Shown: positions 1 through 13,130 of the stretch, piece by piece | Layout: every line of letters starts with the position of its first letter | Position numbering within the stretch: position 1 is the first letter of the stretch | Source: the human T2T-CHM13v2.0 reference genome, Homo sapiens | Length of the DNA: 64,000 bases | Direction: 5' to 3' (one strand) | NCBI RefSeq assembly: GCF_009914755.1 | Contig: NC_060936.1 | Made by a program: the position numbers and the translations under genes | Notes under the pieces: model-generated | The model's input: only the letters and a program-made list of their open reading frames with translations | The model's database searches: none | What the model was told of the DNA's origin: nothing

Positions 1-1391
1 CACTATCAGGCCTATTGCCAATTAACTCATGCATTGGGTGAGATTGAGCCTGGAAACCAGAAGCCTTCAATCCTTGGAGCTAAATAGTGCCCAGATAGGT
101 CTGCCAAATATTTTGTGATTACTAGATGTCAGACACTAGGCTGGAGGCTCAATGCATACTATTCATATGTGATTAAAGAATTTTGTTCTGAGAATATTGG
201 AAAATGTGTTAGATGTAATATCTTGAAGAATTACTAGTCTAGTGGGAGAGGAAAACATTGACATAAATAATTACAAGTTCTCATAGTCTCCTAGATGGCT
301 GTGGGGAAATTGAATGATTATAAATAAAAGGGAAATATAAAAACAAAATTATCTACCAGACTTTGTACATTTGACTGTGAAATCTAGCCATTCAAGTCAA
401 TGATTAGCAAGAATAATAATTATTGAATAGTATCAGGAGGAGGACGTTTGCTGTTAAAGAAAGTTTGCATTAAACTGGGTGGAAAATGCTCTTGCAGAAA
501 ATGCAACCGTTAACCTCATGACTATGAAACAAGCAAGTCCAAGGAAAATTCTCTTCCTTTCCTTCATGCAAAATATGAGATCATCTTCTCCTTTTGTGAG
601 AACCAAACTGGTGAGGAGCTGCTGTGGATAATCCCCATCTCCCTAACTTAACCTTGTTCAGCTCCTTACTGCCTTTTAAGTTGCCTTGTCAAATCTCACT
701 GCAGATGCAGATCAATTTGTTCTCTTTATTCAGGAGTTTACAAAAACTGACTTGCAAAAGATAACTTTAATAGATGTGGAATACAGAGATATGAAAGTTG
801 AAATGACTACAGAGATGTTTCCTAACTTGAACCTGGTAGTGGGAGCACCAGTAAGTCTGGGGTTGAACCTGGTTGTCATACTGTGTAGACAGGAGGTCTG
901 GGTGACACCCATGGTGATCACTGCAGCCACACATTTTAGTAAAACTATGAAGCTGACTTTTATCGTTAAAATGGCTCTTACATGACAAAATCATCCCATC
1001 CTTCAATTATACCAAAAAAGCTTTTTCTGTCTACTTTTGGCCATGTTGCATTCTCGGGGCATAGATTCAGGCCCTAAACACAATAATAATAACAATAATT
1101 TAAGGCATTTCATGGCCTAACACTCAGAACTATTTCTCCCATTGATGCCTGAAAATACACTTTTGATGTCCGCCCTCATTTAGTTACTTTGGGTTGTGCA
1201 ACGTTGCCCATCCTGGAATTCTTATTTTTTTCTTAGGTACTATGTTTATGATTAGAGTACACTATCACTAGTGCCTTATGTGATGAACAATTTTCTGAAA
1301 GAATAGGCTTGCCTGAGTCCAAAGAGAACAATAGAGGACGTGATTTTTTTACTTAGTAGAGGAAACTGTAAGTAAAAATGCTGTTTGTTGT

Positions 1392-1882
1392 TGTATTTGT
1401 CAGGATTCTATAAAGAATAAATAGGCACTGTACTGCTATCTATATCTATCTACCTACATATATACATGAAGAGAGAGATTAATTTTTTCTAAGGAATTCA
1501 ACTGTCTCATAAAGTTGTGGAGGCTGACCAGTCCACATTCTGTACAGCAAGCCAACTGGTTGGAAATTCAGGTAAGAGTTGACGTTATGATCTTGAGTCT
1601 GAAATCTGCAGGGCAGGCCAAGCAGGTTGGAAATTCAGGCAGAATTTCCATTTGCAGTTTTAAGGCCAAATTCCTCCTGTCTTTGCTCTTAAGGCCTTCA
1701 ATGGATCGGATGAGGCCCACTCACTTTCTCACATTATGGAGGGTGATCTGCTTTTCTCAGTCTACTGATTTAAATATTAATCACATCTAAAAGATAACTT
1801 CACAGCAACATTTAGGTTAGTGTTTTACCAATCAAGAGGGCACCGTAGCCTAGTTAAGTTGACGCATGAAATGAATCATCAC
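1392..1882 (-). mobile_element. MLT2-family (ERVL) solo LTR
   Basis: Typical MLT2 motifs: ggatgaggcccac, atctgcttttctcagtctactgatttaaat, agcctagttaagttgac. Confidence 0.75.
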
Positions 1883-2402
1883 TGTTGTATTCATGGGGAG
1901 CATAGAACTTATATTTGTAAAAACGAAAAACGTCTATTTTTCAATAATCGATCATCATTGTTTAATCCAGCCCTGGTTTTTACCTCCAGACTTGAGTAAA
2001 TCACACATTTTTAACTCACTCTAAGCAGTCTGGGAATGCTAGATTATCCCCCTGTCCCAAGCAGCTGTGCTCTGAACCTAGGAACATTTACCACCTCCAC
2101 TGGGTGGAGAGGAATGATCATGGGTTTCGATCAACACTGTCCTTGTTGCATACATACATAGCTAGAAAACAAGCCCAGTGATTATTCTACAGACATAAGA
2201 AGCGTCTACATCTCGGCTGTGGGCTGTTTGGTTACAGAAATGTGATCCTGCAAGTTGTCACCACAGCTTCTTCACACAGGACTTTTGTGAGCTATTAGCC
2301 CCTTTCTGTCTTTGGGTTCATTCATTTTTAATAAAATTCCATCAGTTTACATTTTACACATGAACTGTTGTAAGGTATTTATATTCTCACTAATCCTTAT
2401 AA

Positions 2403-2732
<330 letters not shown>

Positions 2733-2976
2733 TGATCTCCTTTTTTTTTTTTTTTTTTTTGCCAATTTAAGAAACTTACTCAAGATCACAGGATCAGCCA
2801 ATGGCCCTTAACCATCCTGTTAATTATTAGGCTACTTGCATGTTAAGAAAGCTGTTTTGTGGCATCCTACAATGGCTTGGAAGAAGCCAGAGATTAAAGT
2901 ATGCATCACCTTTGCTTATCATTATCACAAACAAATTTTTCATGAGAAGTGTTTACTAGATTATGTAACTATCTTT

Positions 2977-3893
2977 TTTATATTTTTAATTTCTGTGGGT
3001 ACATAGTAGGTGTATATATTTATGGGGTACATGAGATGTTTTGACACAGGCATGAAATGTGAAATAAGCACTTCGTGGAGAATGGGGTATGCATCCCCTC
3101 ATGTGTTTATCCTTTGAGTTACAAATAATCCAATTATTCTCTAAGTTATTTCAAAATGTACAATTAGGTTATTATTGACTATAGTAACTTTGTTGTGATA
3201 TCAAATAGGAGGTCTTATTCATTCTATTTTTTTGTACTCATTAACCATTCCCACTTCCTCTGTCCTCCCCACCAACATTACCCTTCCCAGCCTCTTGTAA
3301 CCATTCTACGCTCTATCTCCATGAGTTCAATAGTTCTTTTAGATCCCACAAATAAGTGAGAACATGCAAAGTTTGTCTTTCTGTGCCTGGCTTATTTCAC
3401 TTAGCATAATGACCTCCAGTTCCATTCAAGTTGTTGCAAATGACAGGATCTCATTCTTTTTTCTGGCTGAATAGTACTCCATTGTGTACATGTACCACAT
3501 TTTCTTCATCCATTCATCTATTGATGGACACTTAGGTTGCTTCCAAATCATAGCTATTGTAAACAGTGCTGTAACAAAAATAGAATTGCAGATATCTTTT
3601 TGATGTAATGAGTTCCTTTCTTTTGGATGCATACCTAGCAGTGGGATTGCTGGATCATATCATACCTCAATGTTTAGTTTTCTGAGGAACCTCCAAACTG
3701 TTCTCCATAGTGGTTGTATGAATTTACATTCCCAACAACAGTGTAAGAGGGTTCCCTTTTCTCTGCACCCTTACCAGCATTTGTTATTACCTGTATTTTG
3801 GATATAGGCCATTTTAACTGGGGTGAAGTGATATCTCATTGCAGGTTTGATTGCACATATCTAATGACCAATGATGTTGAGCAACTTTTGGTC
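2977..3893 (-). mobile_element. L1MA-type 3' end fragment
   Basis: L1 3' UTR and ORF2 tail (ORF 3426..3632 resembles the ORF2 C-terminus). 14-bp TSD atgtaactatcttt (2963-2976 / 3894-3907). Confidence 0.92.
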
Positions 3894-4011
3894 ATGTAAC
3901 TATCTTTAAAACAAATGCAGCTTGATCCCTTTTTAATGTAATCAGTTCAGCTTCAAAAACTGGTATATTGCATTTGGGATACAAACAGTCAACATGAATC
4001 TTCCAACTCAA

Positions 4012-4017
4012 TTTATT
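4012..4017 (-). terminator. Distal polyadenylation signal AATAAA (cleavage ~3995)
   Basis: tttatt on +. On the minus strand it is followed ~16 nt later by CA and then TGTTGACTGTTTGT (GU-rich). Confidence 0.75.
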
Positions 4018-5349
4018 TGTTTCAGCTCACGAACTTTTCAGAATCCCTAGTGGCTTAGTGACAAAGACCTTTGGAGAGAATGATCATGGGTTTTGATCAA
4101 CACTGTCGCGATTGCATACAGACATAGCTAGAGAACAAGCCCAGTGATTATTCTACAGACCATAGGAAGCATCTACACCTCAGCTGTCGGCCGTTTGGTT
4201 ACAGAAATGCGATCCTGCAAGTTGTCGCCACTATACATAAAGTCAGGCTATGATAGCATATTTCACTTAAAAATAAATTATCACAATATAAGGCACATAT
4301 GTATATGGAATCAGATTCATGATTTGAAAAATATGCTTAAATCACACTGAATCAGCTTAGCAGAAAAATAATTATAAAATTTGAAATATCCCCTTTTCTT
4401 TTTGTTTTGTACTAAATCAATGTAGAAAACACACTTTCTACCCTGAAGGAGACTGCTGTCTTATCTGATAAATTATATAAGCTCCAGTAAATGTATGTCA
4501 TCACCCTCAGGAATGACAGGTCTCTCCTTCTCACGCTTGTGGGAGTTGAGCGTTGACACTGTAAGAACACTTGACTAATAACCTTTGCCTAGACCTTCCA
4601 AACTCTGCACGTAACTTCTTGAGAGATCTGAATAAAGGCCAATATTTTCACAGGTTGACAGGGTCTGGAGAAGTGGGTCACCGAGCACTCTGACATTTTT
4701 AAGTTCAGTTTACAGTAACTCTTTGCAAAACTTCAGGTTTTGCTGTACTTCAAATCATTTGGGCAAATTATAAGAAAATGAATACAAAATGTGTGACCCT
4801 TGGGTAATTCTGCACTTGGCTTTGTTCTCCCTTGGTGCTTTTGAGGACAATTTCTGCAAGGCCTGGTTTGGCTAAAAGGGACACTTCATTGAAGATCTCT
4901 AGGCCTTTTACTTTTTAAAGTGTCTTTTATTCTAAAGCTAGTTAACCACATATAGAAGTATGGTGTTTATCAGTGATGTAGATCCATTATGACAATGAAT
5001 GGGAAGAGGTAATCTACTCCCCCCATTCTGTGCAAATCTCAAACGACAAAGCTAAGTTTTACTACAGATAAATCCATAACCAGGGGAAGGAAGAATTTTT
5101 AAATGCCCATTTTTTTCTTGTCCAAATGTTTGAAAAAGAAACATATTGAATCTCTATCCAGTGGTGTGGTTTCTGGTCTTTCTGGTGTGCTCAATTCTCT
5201 CTGTGTCATTTTGGTGTAAAAATACTATCCTACATTTACTTCCCTTGACCAGAAACCTTGAGACATCATAAAAATGTTAATTTAGCATTATTACTTCATG
5301 CATTCAACAATGCTGATTTCATGAAACCACACAAACAGGATTCTTTTGT

Positions 5350-5355
5350 TTTATT
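5350..5355 (-). terminator. Alternative, more proximal polyadenylation signal AATAAA (cleavage ~5330)
   Basis: tttatt on +, followed on the minus strand by UGUUUGUGUGGUUU. Confidence 0.6.
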
Positions 5356-8300
5356 GATAACAGAAACTGTGCATAATTACAGATTTGATGAGGAATCTGC
5401 AAATAATAAAGAATGTGTCTATTGCCAGCAAAATACAATTATTCCATGCCCTCTCAACATACAAATATAGAGTTCTTCACACCAGATGGCTCTGGTGTAA
5501 CAAAGCCATTTTAGATGTTTAATTGTGCTTCTACAAAACCTTCAGAGCATGAGGTAGTTTCCTTTACCTACGATATTTTCCACATTTCCATTATTACACT
5601 TTTAGCGAGCTAAAATCCTTTTAACATAGCCTGCGGATGATCTTTCACAAAAGCCAAGCCTCATTTACAAAGGGTTTATTTCTTTCTACTCAATTTTTCT
5701 TAAAAAGAATTTCAAGAATCACTACACAGCTAAGATATCTGAGACTTGCAATGGCTGGAGTCTATCAGTACAATAGTAATTGCAATCAGATTCAGATACA
5801 AGAGAACAGGTTCTAACAATTTCATAATTAAGTTGATATTCTGTTTCTATCTATAAGCTCACATTTAAAAACTACTTCCTCGAACTACTTATTTTTCCTC
5901 AGCCACAAGTAAGCGCAAATCCTTAAAAACAGTGGGTTGAGCCCCAGCTCCATGTATTAGGTAGCTAGGTATATTGTGGGATTATTCCTTGTTAAGTCAC
6001 CCCAGGAAACATTTGCAGAATTTAGAAATGCATCCAGATTTGTGAGTTTATTTTTAAGACCTGACTAAAAATCTGCACTCTTCAAAAACTTATTGATGAA
6101 GTACAAATTGAGGCAGAAATTTACATTCCTTTCTTAACCCTGAGAATGAGTTTAATGATCATAGGAAACTAGTTTGAGGAAACTGCAATGTGTTATTGCA
6201 CATTTTAGTTAAAAACTAATAGTCAACCAATTTCCAATTCAGTAAACCTTCCACCTATCAGGATAGGAGATAGTAAATAGTATCTCTAAGGGAAAAAAAG
6301 TCACAATCTACTTCTTGTCTAAACTTATTATTTTATTTGGCCTCAAGAAGCTTCATGGATCTTAGAATAAAATGGTTGAAGAAATGACACAATAGATATT
6401 ACTTACTATGCTATTATAAAATAAAGCCTAGTCCAAGTTGATAATAATCTAAAGTGGTTTCTATGTAACACAACCTTCAGATTATAACCTCAATAGTGTG
6501 ACCTAATTCTAATATCTGATGAAGTGTTTGCTATATTTAGTCACTACCTAGTAGCATTATTTGTATTTAGCAACTACATTGAAAGCTGAAGAAGATCTCA
6601 ATGCTTGACAGAATAAGGAAAAAGCTCCTTTGGATAACACAAAAATATGTTTTGTTTTTTTCCCCTCCTCTATCACTCCTTTCTTCTCTACCTCCACTTA
6701 TTCTTCCTCTGATATCATCTTTCATTAAATTTTTCTCCAGAATCCAACAGTGAGCAACAGGAAACCTAGCCATTGTGATAGTGGATATGTAGAGAAAAGC
6801 CAGTGAAACTATATTTTAATTCATTCTTACACCACAGCCTACATCAATTCTTACCATCCCAACAGTAGATTACATAAACTGAACATCATGCAACTCAAGT
6901 TATACGTCTTGTTGATTGGGTCTATTGTAGAATGAAAAATACACTTTCAGACAGAATAAGATGACTTAAAACTTCAATACTTGTATCCAGCAGATTTGAA
7001 AGGGCACTTCAAATTTGTTCTTCTTTTTCTCCCCCATCACCCCCATTTCAATTTTTAAGACTGATTTCATGCCTTTATCATTTTGAAGCAAATATGTTTA
7101 TATATGTCTGACCCCAGGAAATTATTTACCCACAAACACTACTATAACTACTATACTCTGTTGATATGTTTCATTATCAACCTCCCCAAATTAAACATCT
7201 GACAAGTCTTTTATATATGTATGCTGAAGAGAAAAAATAAATCACTTTCTTCCACCTTTGAATCTTTAAAAGGGGTTTGTGGTAATGATAAAAAATTTAT
7301 CTCTTTCCACACATTTAAGACCTCATACTGTGCAAAATCATGGTTATATGAAAGTTATTTTCTGAATAGCTGGATCCATCACCTTCAAGCTAATACTTTA
7401 AACAGCATGGTTCATAATAGATATTTTCTAGAAAAATTCACTCTAGGATCATTTTCTTTGTTTATTTCCATCTAATCTGGCTTTGCTGAGAAAATCAGCA
7501 AGGATGCTGTAATCTGTGGTGTTAATTTATTAGGTGCACCATGATAACTCAACATTGTTTGAAAAGAATTCAGTCAACACATGTACTAGGTTGGTAGTAA
7601 ATAGTAAAGAAAGAGAAGGTAATTCACACCAGATGAGGAATGGTGTGAACACTAACCTAAACACCAACCTTATTAAGTAGTTTTGCACTAGAAGAAAGGA
7701 AGGAATTAAAGAAGGATAAAGTTGCTTTAAAAATGAGATAAACTATTCATTGATTTCTTGATAAGAGATGTGTTCTGGCCTTCTTTGCTTATGATCTAAC
7801 TATTCAGCTATCTAACTATGCTTTTATAGCTACAATCAGTTCAAGTAGTAGAATACAAACTCCATGAGGGTAATGTCTATATGCCATTGATTTCTTAAAA
7901 CTAACTTCCTAATCTCTATTGTTGGTTATGTCAACATTTATCAAATGAACTATTAATAGAGTCTTCATCATCTTTGCCAAGTAATAGGTAATGCTCATTG
8001 AAAAGCTGGTACCCTTTGCCTCCTTTTGTGGGGAGATATCTGGAAAATAGCTGAACAAACTCTACATGTGGCGAAACAAAGTGACAGTTGTTATAAAATG
8101 TCTACTAAAATTACCTGCTAGCATTACTACGTATAACTGAAGTTTTTGCATATCCGCATAAGAAGAAATCCACATTACAAGGAAAAGTACTTTGATAATT
8201 TTAGAGTCAAGACATGAAATAAGGGATTTCTCTAACCCTTAACTCTTCTGCCGGCTTACTTGGTACCTCTGATGAATATTTATTGCTCTAAATGTTTTAG

Positions 8301-10659
8301 AAACTATCACTCTTTGAAAGTGAACAAACACTGTTTTCTGCTGAAAATTCATCTTTCCCAATCATAAGGGGAAACCAAAAATGCAACTTGAAAAAAAAAA
8401 AGGAAACAGAATATAGTGACTGAGCACTGAGTGGGATTGAAGAAAATAAATGAGCTTATTTTGGCAGCTGCTTTCATAGCACAATTCCCCAAAAGCAGAA
8501 CTGAAACTGTAGCTTTAATAAAAAGCTCCAACAATTCTTTTGACTAAGATATACTCATTAATTGCCTCCAAGTGTTCAAGACTGCTTGGATTTGAGGCAA
8601 GCAAGACCACTTGCTTAGGTAAATTTTATGAAGCAACAAAACTAATATGGTGAAGAATTTTAACCCAAGGTGTAACTTAGGTTTCCCATGTCTTCAAGAG
8701 AGCTGACATTGCATGTTACCATCTAGCTGATGTTACGCTCTGCTTTCTTGCTACTGCCTGCCTCTGCCTCTGTTTGTTTTTTTTTTTTTTTGTCTTACAT
8801 TTTTTCTTACAGCAATCTTTTGAGAAAAGAATAGAGAATGTTTACCAGGTAGAAAAAACCTGATTCCTTAACAAGACTTCTCAGTCACTTGTTTCTCTTT
8901 CCCTTTCACTTTTCCTTTGTGCTTTTGAAAACAAAGGCTAAAGCAGGTGTTATAAATTTATTCATTCCTGTGCTAGAGAGCATGGAACACATCTCTGAAG
9001 TCAACTCTTCTTTTGGTGTATCACGAGTTGAATCCTTAATAAATGACTGCCACAAAGAAAATTTCTAACAGCAAATCTTTTTAGGAACTGCTCAGGTTTT
9101 GCCTTTGTCTTGACACTTCATTTTAAAATCTTGGTTTCTACTGATGTGTTTTCAAAAAAGCTGACAAGCTCGGTCTGAAATGTAGAAACTGAAAAAAGTG
9201 AAAGGAAGAGAACATGCAATATAAGTTAATCATTATCATTTTAAGTGCCACCAGTTCTGTTTATATTAATGCACTTGTGAATTGCTGAATCTCATTTGAT
9301 CAACCCAATTAAACATTAAATAATTGCAGCCAATTATGCAAATATCAGCAACAATATTAATTTGTTGATCTTTTTGAGCAGATTAGCTTCACATGTTCCT
9401 AATGCTAGACCATCTTATGCCTTAAACGATCAATTAGTGTGACAATAACTAAGTCTTGAAGAATGGATAATTGCCTAGTTATAATGTGGCACTCTTGCTG
9501 TATTAATCCACTGCAATTAAACAAATAGTGCACAAGGAAAAAAGATGTGCAGATGTTCCTGTTAAATCTATTTAACAAGAAAGCGTCAAGGTCAATTTCC
9601 TGTCTTATTACTTAAATGACAATGGTGGATTGTGTTCTCCTTATCAGGAGACCTCCAGTTTTTAAACATCTATCCTTAGTTTTCACTGGGTCTGATGAAA
9701 AGGGCTTAAAAATGCTCTTGAGGTTTTATGAAAGAAATGATACAAACATAATGTTCTCTAACTTTCACAATGGACAAGTCTCGCCACAATAAATTTGGAG
9801 ATGCAAAGTATAAAATGTGTTGATGGCAAATAAATAATTCTCATTTCTCATAGGAATAGAAATTTAGTTACTATGTACCACTAGACAGTTTAAATTACCT
9901 GCAACTTTTTCCTAGACTACTATATGAAGAATGAGGTCAAAGGAGTTAGCCAAGGCGAAAGCACACCCTTAGAATGTTGCTCGGGGTACACAGTGCGCAG
10001 GCGACAGTCAAGAGCACCTCAGGCCTGAAAAGAACAGCTTCTCCCAAGATTTCAGATCACCAATTAAAAGCCCCCTAAAAGATATTTTTATCATTCCTTT
10101 TCATCTTATATTTCTCAATTTTCATTTTACTATCCCTGTCTATAAAAGACCCTATGGCTAAAAGTTTTGGAAAAGAATCAAAGCCCATTTTCTATGTGTT
10201 GCTAAATGCCTCAAGGAAATTTTTCCAATGCATCAAACTTTTAGAATCCTTTTTATTTTCCTTCTCTGAAAAGAGAATAAAATATGTTCAGCAAGAAGGA
10301 AGTTATGAGGACTGAGGGAAACCAAAATACAATGTCTGAGAGTTGACCTTCCAAGGAAAAATGTTTTCTGTCAAGATTTGACTTTCCTTAGATAAACCAC
10401 AAAGGATACAATTTTAACTCACAGCTCCTAAACAAGGAAAATATCACCCATAGTAGCTCTCCCTGCATCCTAACCACTTGCTCATCAAATCTCCATTCAA
10501 AGAAAAGAGCACCTGCAAAAACAGAGTATAAAAATCAGAGTATGCCTCTTTGTTTTCTACCAAAAAAAAAAAAAAAGATTTATTTCTGCAATTAACACTT
10601 GACATAAAACATTTGTCATTTCCATTTGGTTGGTATGATATCATGACCTCTCTCTAGAG

Positions 10660-11005
10660 CAGTGGTCCCCAACATTTTTGGCACCAGGGACCAGTTTTGT
10701 GGAAGACAATTTTTCCACAGACTGCAGGGTGAAGGGTGGTTTCAGGATGAAACTGTTACACCTCAGGTCATCAAGCATTAGATTCTCATAAGGAGCGCAT
10801 AGCCTAGATCCCTTGCATGCAGAGTTCACAATAGGATTTGTGCTCCTATGAGAATCTAATGCTGCCACTGAGCTGACAAGAGGTGGAGTTCAGGTGGTAA
10901 TTCGAGTGATGGGAAGTAGCCATAAATACAGATGAAGCTCCTCAATGGCCCACCACTCACCTCTTCCTGCTGTGTGGCCCATGGCCTGGGGGTTGGGGTC
11001 CCCTG
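10660..11005 (+). mobile_element. MER1B (hAT-Charlie MITE) inside the 3' UTR
   Basis: TIRs cagtggtccccaac / gttggggtcccctg; 8-bp TSD ctctagag / ctctaggg. Confidence 0.9.
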
Positions 11006-11977
11006 CTCTAGGGATATATCTTCAATTCCAAGATAATTCTAATACAATCAATATGAAGTGATTTCCTAAACTAACTATGCTTCAGAGTATCTCTAATGAC
11101 TTAGTAGCTCATGGAAAATAAAGACAATATAAGGTAAATCTATACACTGTCAGAATCAATCACAAATTCTAATAAAGAGGTTTCATAATATAGAAACAAA
11201 GAAGGTACACTTCTATAGAAGCAAAATGTTCACTGATTCATTATAAAACCATTTACTGAGTACCTACTATATGTCAGCCATGGGGGATACAAAGATCTAT
11301 AAGGCACAAGACCCTCAGTCTTGTAGTCGCCTGACAGCCAGCCAGCTACAACATAATGTGGAAAGGACAATGGTGGGAAATGCACTCAGGTCTTCCTAAT
11401 GCACAGAGTATGCTCAGGCTGTGACATCAGGAAGAAAACAGATATTTACCTTAACACGGACTTGGAGGACCTTCAAAAAACAGTGATGGGAGGAAATCCA
11501 GTTTTAAAAGTCTTGATTTAAAAAAAAGAAAACACTTTCTGTGGACAAAGATAGGCTGCAGGAAATGTAACCTATGAAATTTTCTCAAATTAGCTTTCAA
11601 ACACACACAAAAAATTGCATTTGGTTGAGGAGCAGAATGTAACTTATATTAAAGAATAAACTACTATTTAGTATCTGAGTGAAGTACAAAAGGAGGCACT
11701 AAAATCATTGAGGAAAATCCCATGTTATATGGCTTACATTAATGTTTTTCTAGGTAAGGTAAGGTAAGTTACTACTACCAAGTTATGAAACACCATTTGA
11801 TGATTGCAATTCATTTTCTCTGGCATGAAGAAACAATCACTCTTGTAACACATTGATACTACAAACTACATTATGCACAGGTAGCCAAAGAAATCTATCA
11901 CAATTCAAATGCAACAGTCTGTCCCAGTAGCATACAGTTGGTATCCTCTATTTTCCATTGTATCCTCTATTTTCCAT

Positions 11978-12019
11978 TCAGGATAGCACAATTGTCCAGT
12001 CGCTCTCTTCTCTTCCATA
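11978..12019 (-). CDS. BCAT1: BCAT1 terminal exon 11, coding part YGREESDWTIVLS*
   Basis: Acceptor ttttgttgcag|TAT; TGA at 11980-11978; matches the BCAT1 C-terminus. Confidence 0.98.
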   Translation of the reverse strand, partial: YGREESDWTIVLS

Positions 12020-12401
12020 CTGCAACAAAAGCAAGAAAACGTGTTTCAGTACAGAAGCTAACAGGGCAGAAATAGCTTACAAACAAACTTAATACCGCCA
12101 AGGTTACACAAAAGGTTCGCTTCTGCTTTGAACAACATTTTCACATTAAACATGTTCACATTAAAAACTGGATTAGAGAGAAAGAGAGGAAAAGAGGGAC
12201 ACCATATAAAACATAAGATAAAAGCATACATAGGGAGTTTTTTAAAAACCAAATACCTGAAAAGAATTACAAATTTTACAATTATTGCTGAACTCAAATT
12301 CATAGCTGGTATAGGTCCTTTATCTATTTAGGTACATGCCTTTTCATTATCATTTCTCATTGAGTTAACTTGCTTAATGACTGTGACTTTTACTGTGAAA
12401 A

Positions 12402-12570
12402 AGTGATCCTCAAAGTGTATTCTCAGACCACTAGCATCAGCATCACCAGACAACAAGTTAAAAATGCAAATTCCCAGACCTCATCTCAGACTGAATCAGA
12501 ATCTGGGGATGGGTTCCAGCAACCTGTGATTCAGCAAGCATCAAATGATTCCGACATGCACTAAAGAGTG
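12402..12570. mobile_element. MER5A-like DNA transposon
   Basis: agcatcagcatcacc...aaatgcaaatt...ctgaatcagaatct motifs. Confidence 0.75.
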
Positions 12571-12899
12571 TTTTATGCTCATAAACAAAAATATGAAGTT
12601 GACAAGTCCCATGGATTTTAACAGAGACTCTGTTCTCTAAATCAAAGTTGTTCATGCTGTGTTAGCATTTTTCTTATTTCTTCAAAAGTTATGTAACTGT
12701 ATCATAGTCAGAATTTCATTCTTTGCATCAGCAAATACTTTGGTTTAAAAGCAAGCCTGAATTTTAATATTCAAAATGAAATTAAATGAAATAGAGATAT
12801 TCCATACATCACAAATAGAAAGCTAGTTCTATATTCATTCATTCAATCAGTCAGTCATTCAACAAAAATGCCTGTGTTTATAATAAGTTCTCACTCTGT

Positions 12900-13130
12900 G
12901 AGCAATTAATGTAGGCCAATGTCATCATGCCAGGAGTTTTACAGGCTTATTACCTCATTTAATACCCACAGTAACTGTACATAGAAGGTACCATTATCAA
13001 TCCATTTTATGAATGAGAAAACTGAATATTAGGGAGATTGAATAACTTGCTCAAGTTTGCAGTTAACAGATGGAAGAGCCCAGACCCTAACCAAGCTCTC
13101 TCACAGCAAATTCCATGTTCTTGACCACCA
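12900..13130 (+). mobile_element. MIR
   Basis: Core ccattttatgaatgagaaaactga...aataacttgctcaag. Confidence 0.65.

Larger units (their letters stand above)
3995..11977 (-). other. BCAT1: BCAT1 long 3' UTR (~8 kb)
   Basis: Repeat-poor AT-rich stretch from the stop codon to an AATAAA with a downstream GU-rich element. Consistent with my recollection of a ~9.6 kb mRNA. The exact 3' end is inferred. Confidence 0.8.

Noticed and set aside
686-985. 99-aa ORF downstream of BCAT1
   Set aside because: Starts at TTG, no recognisable domain or homology, and a length compatible with chance.
8778-8791. T-run on + (A-run in the mRNA) as a possible 3' end
   Set aside because: Genomic A-stretch likely to cause oligo-dT internal priming; not evidence of a real poly(A) site.
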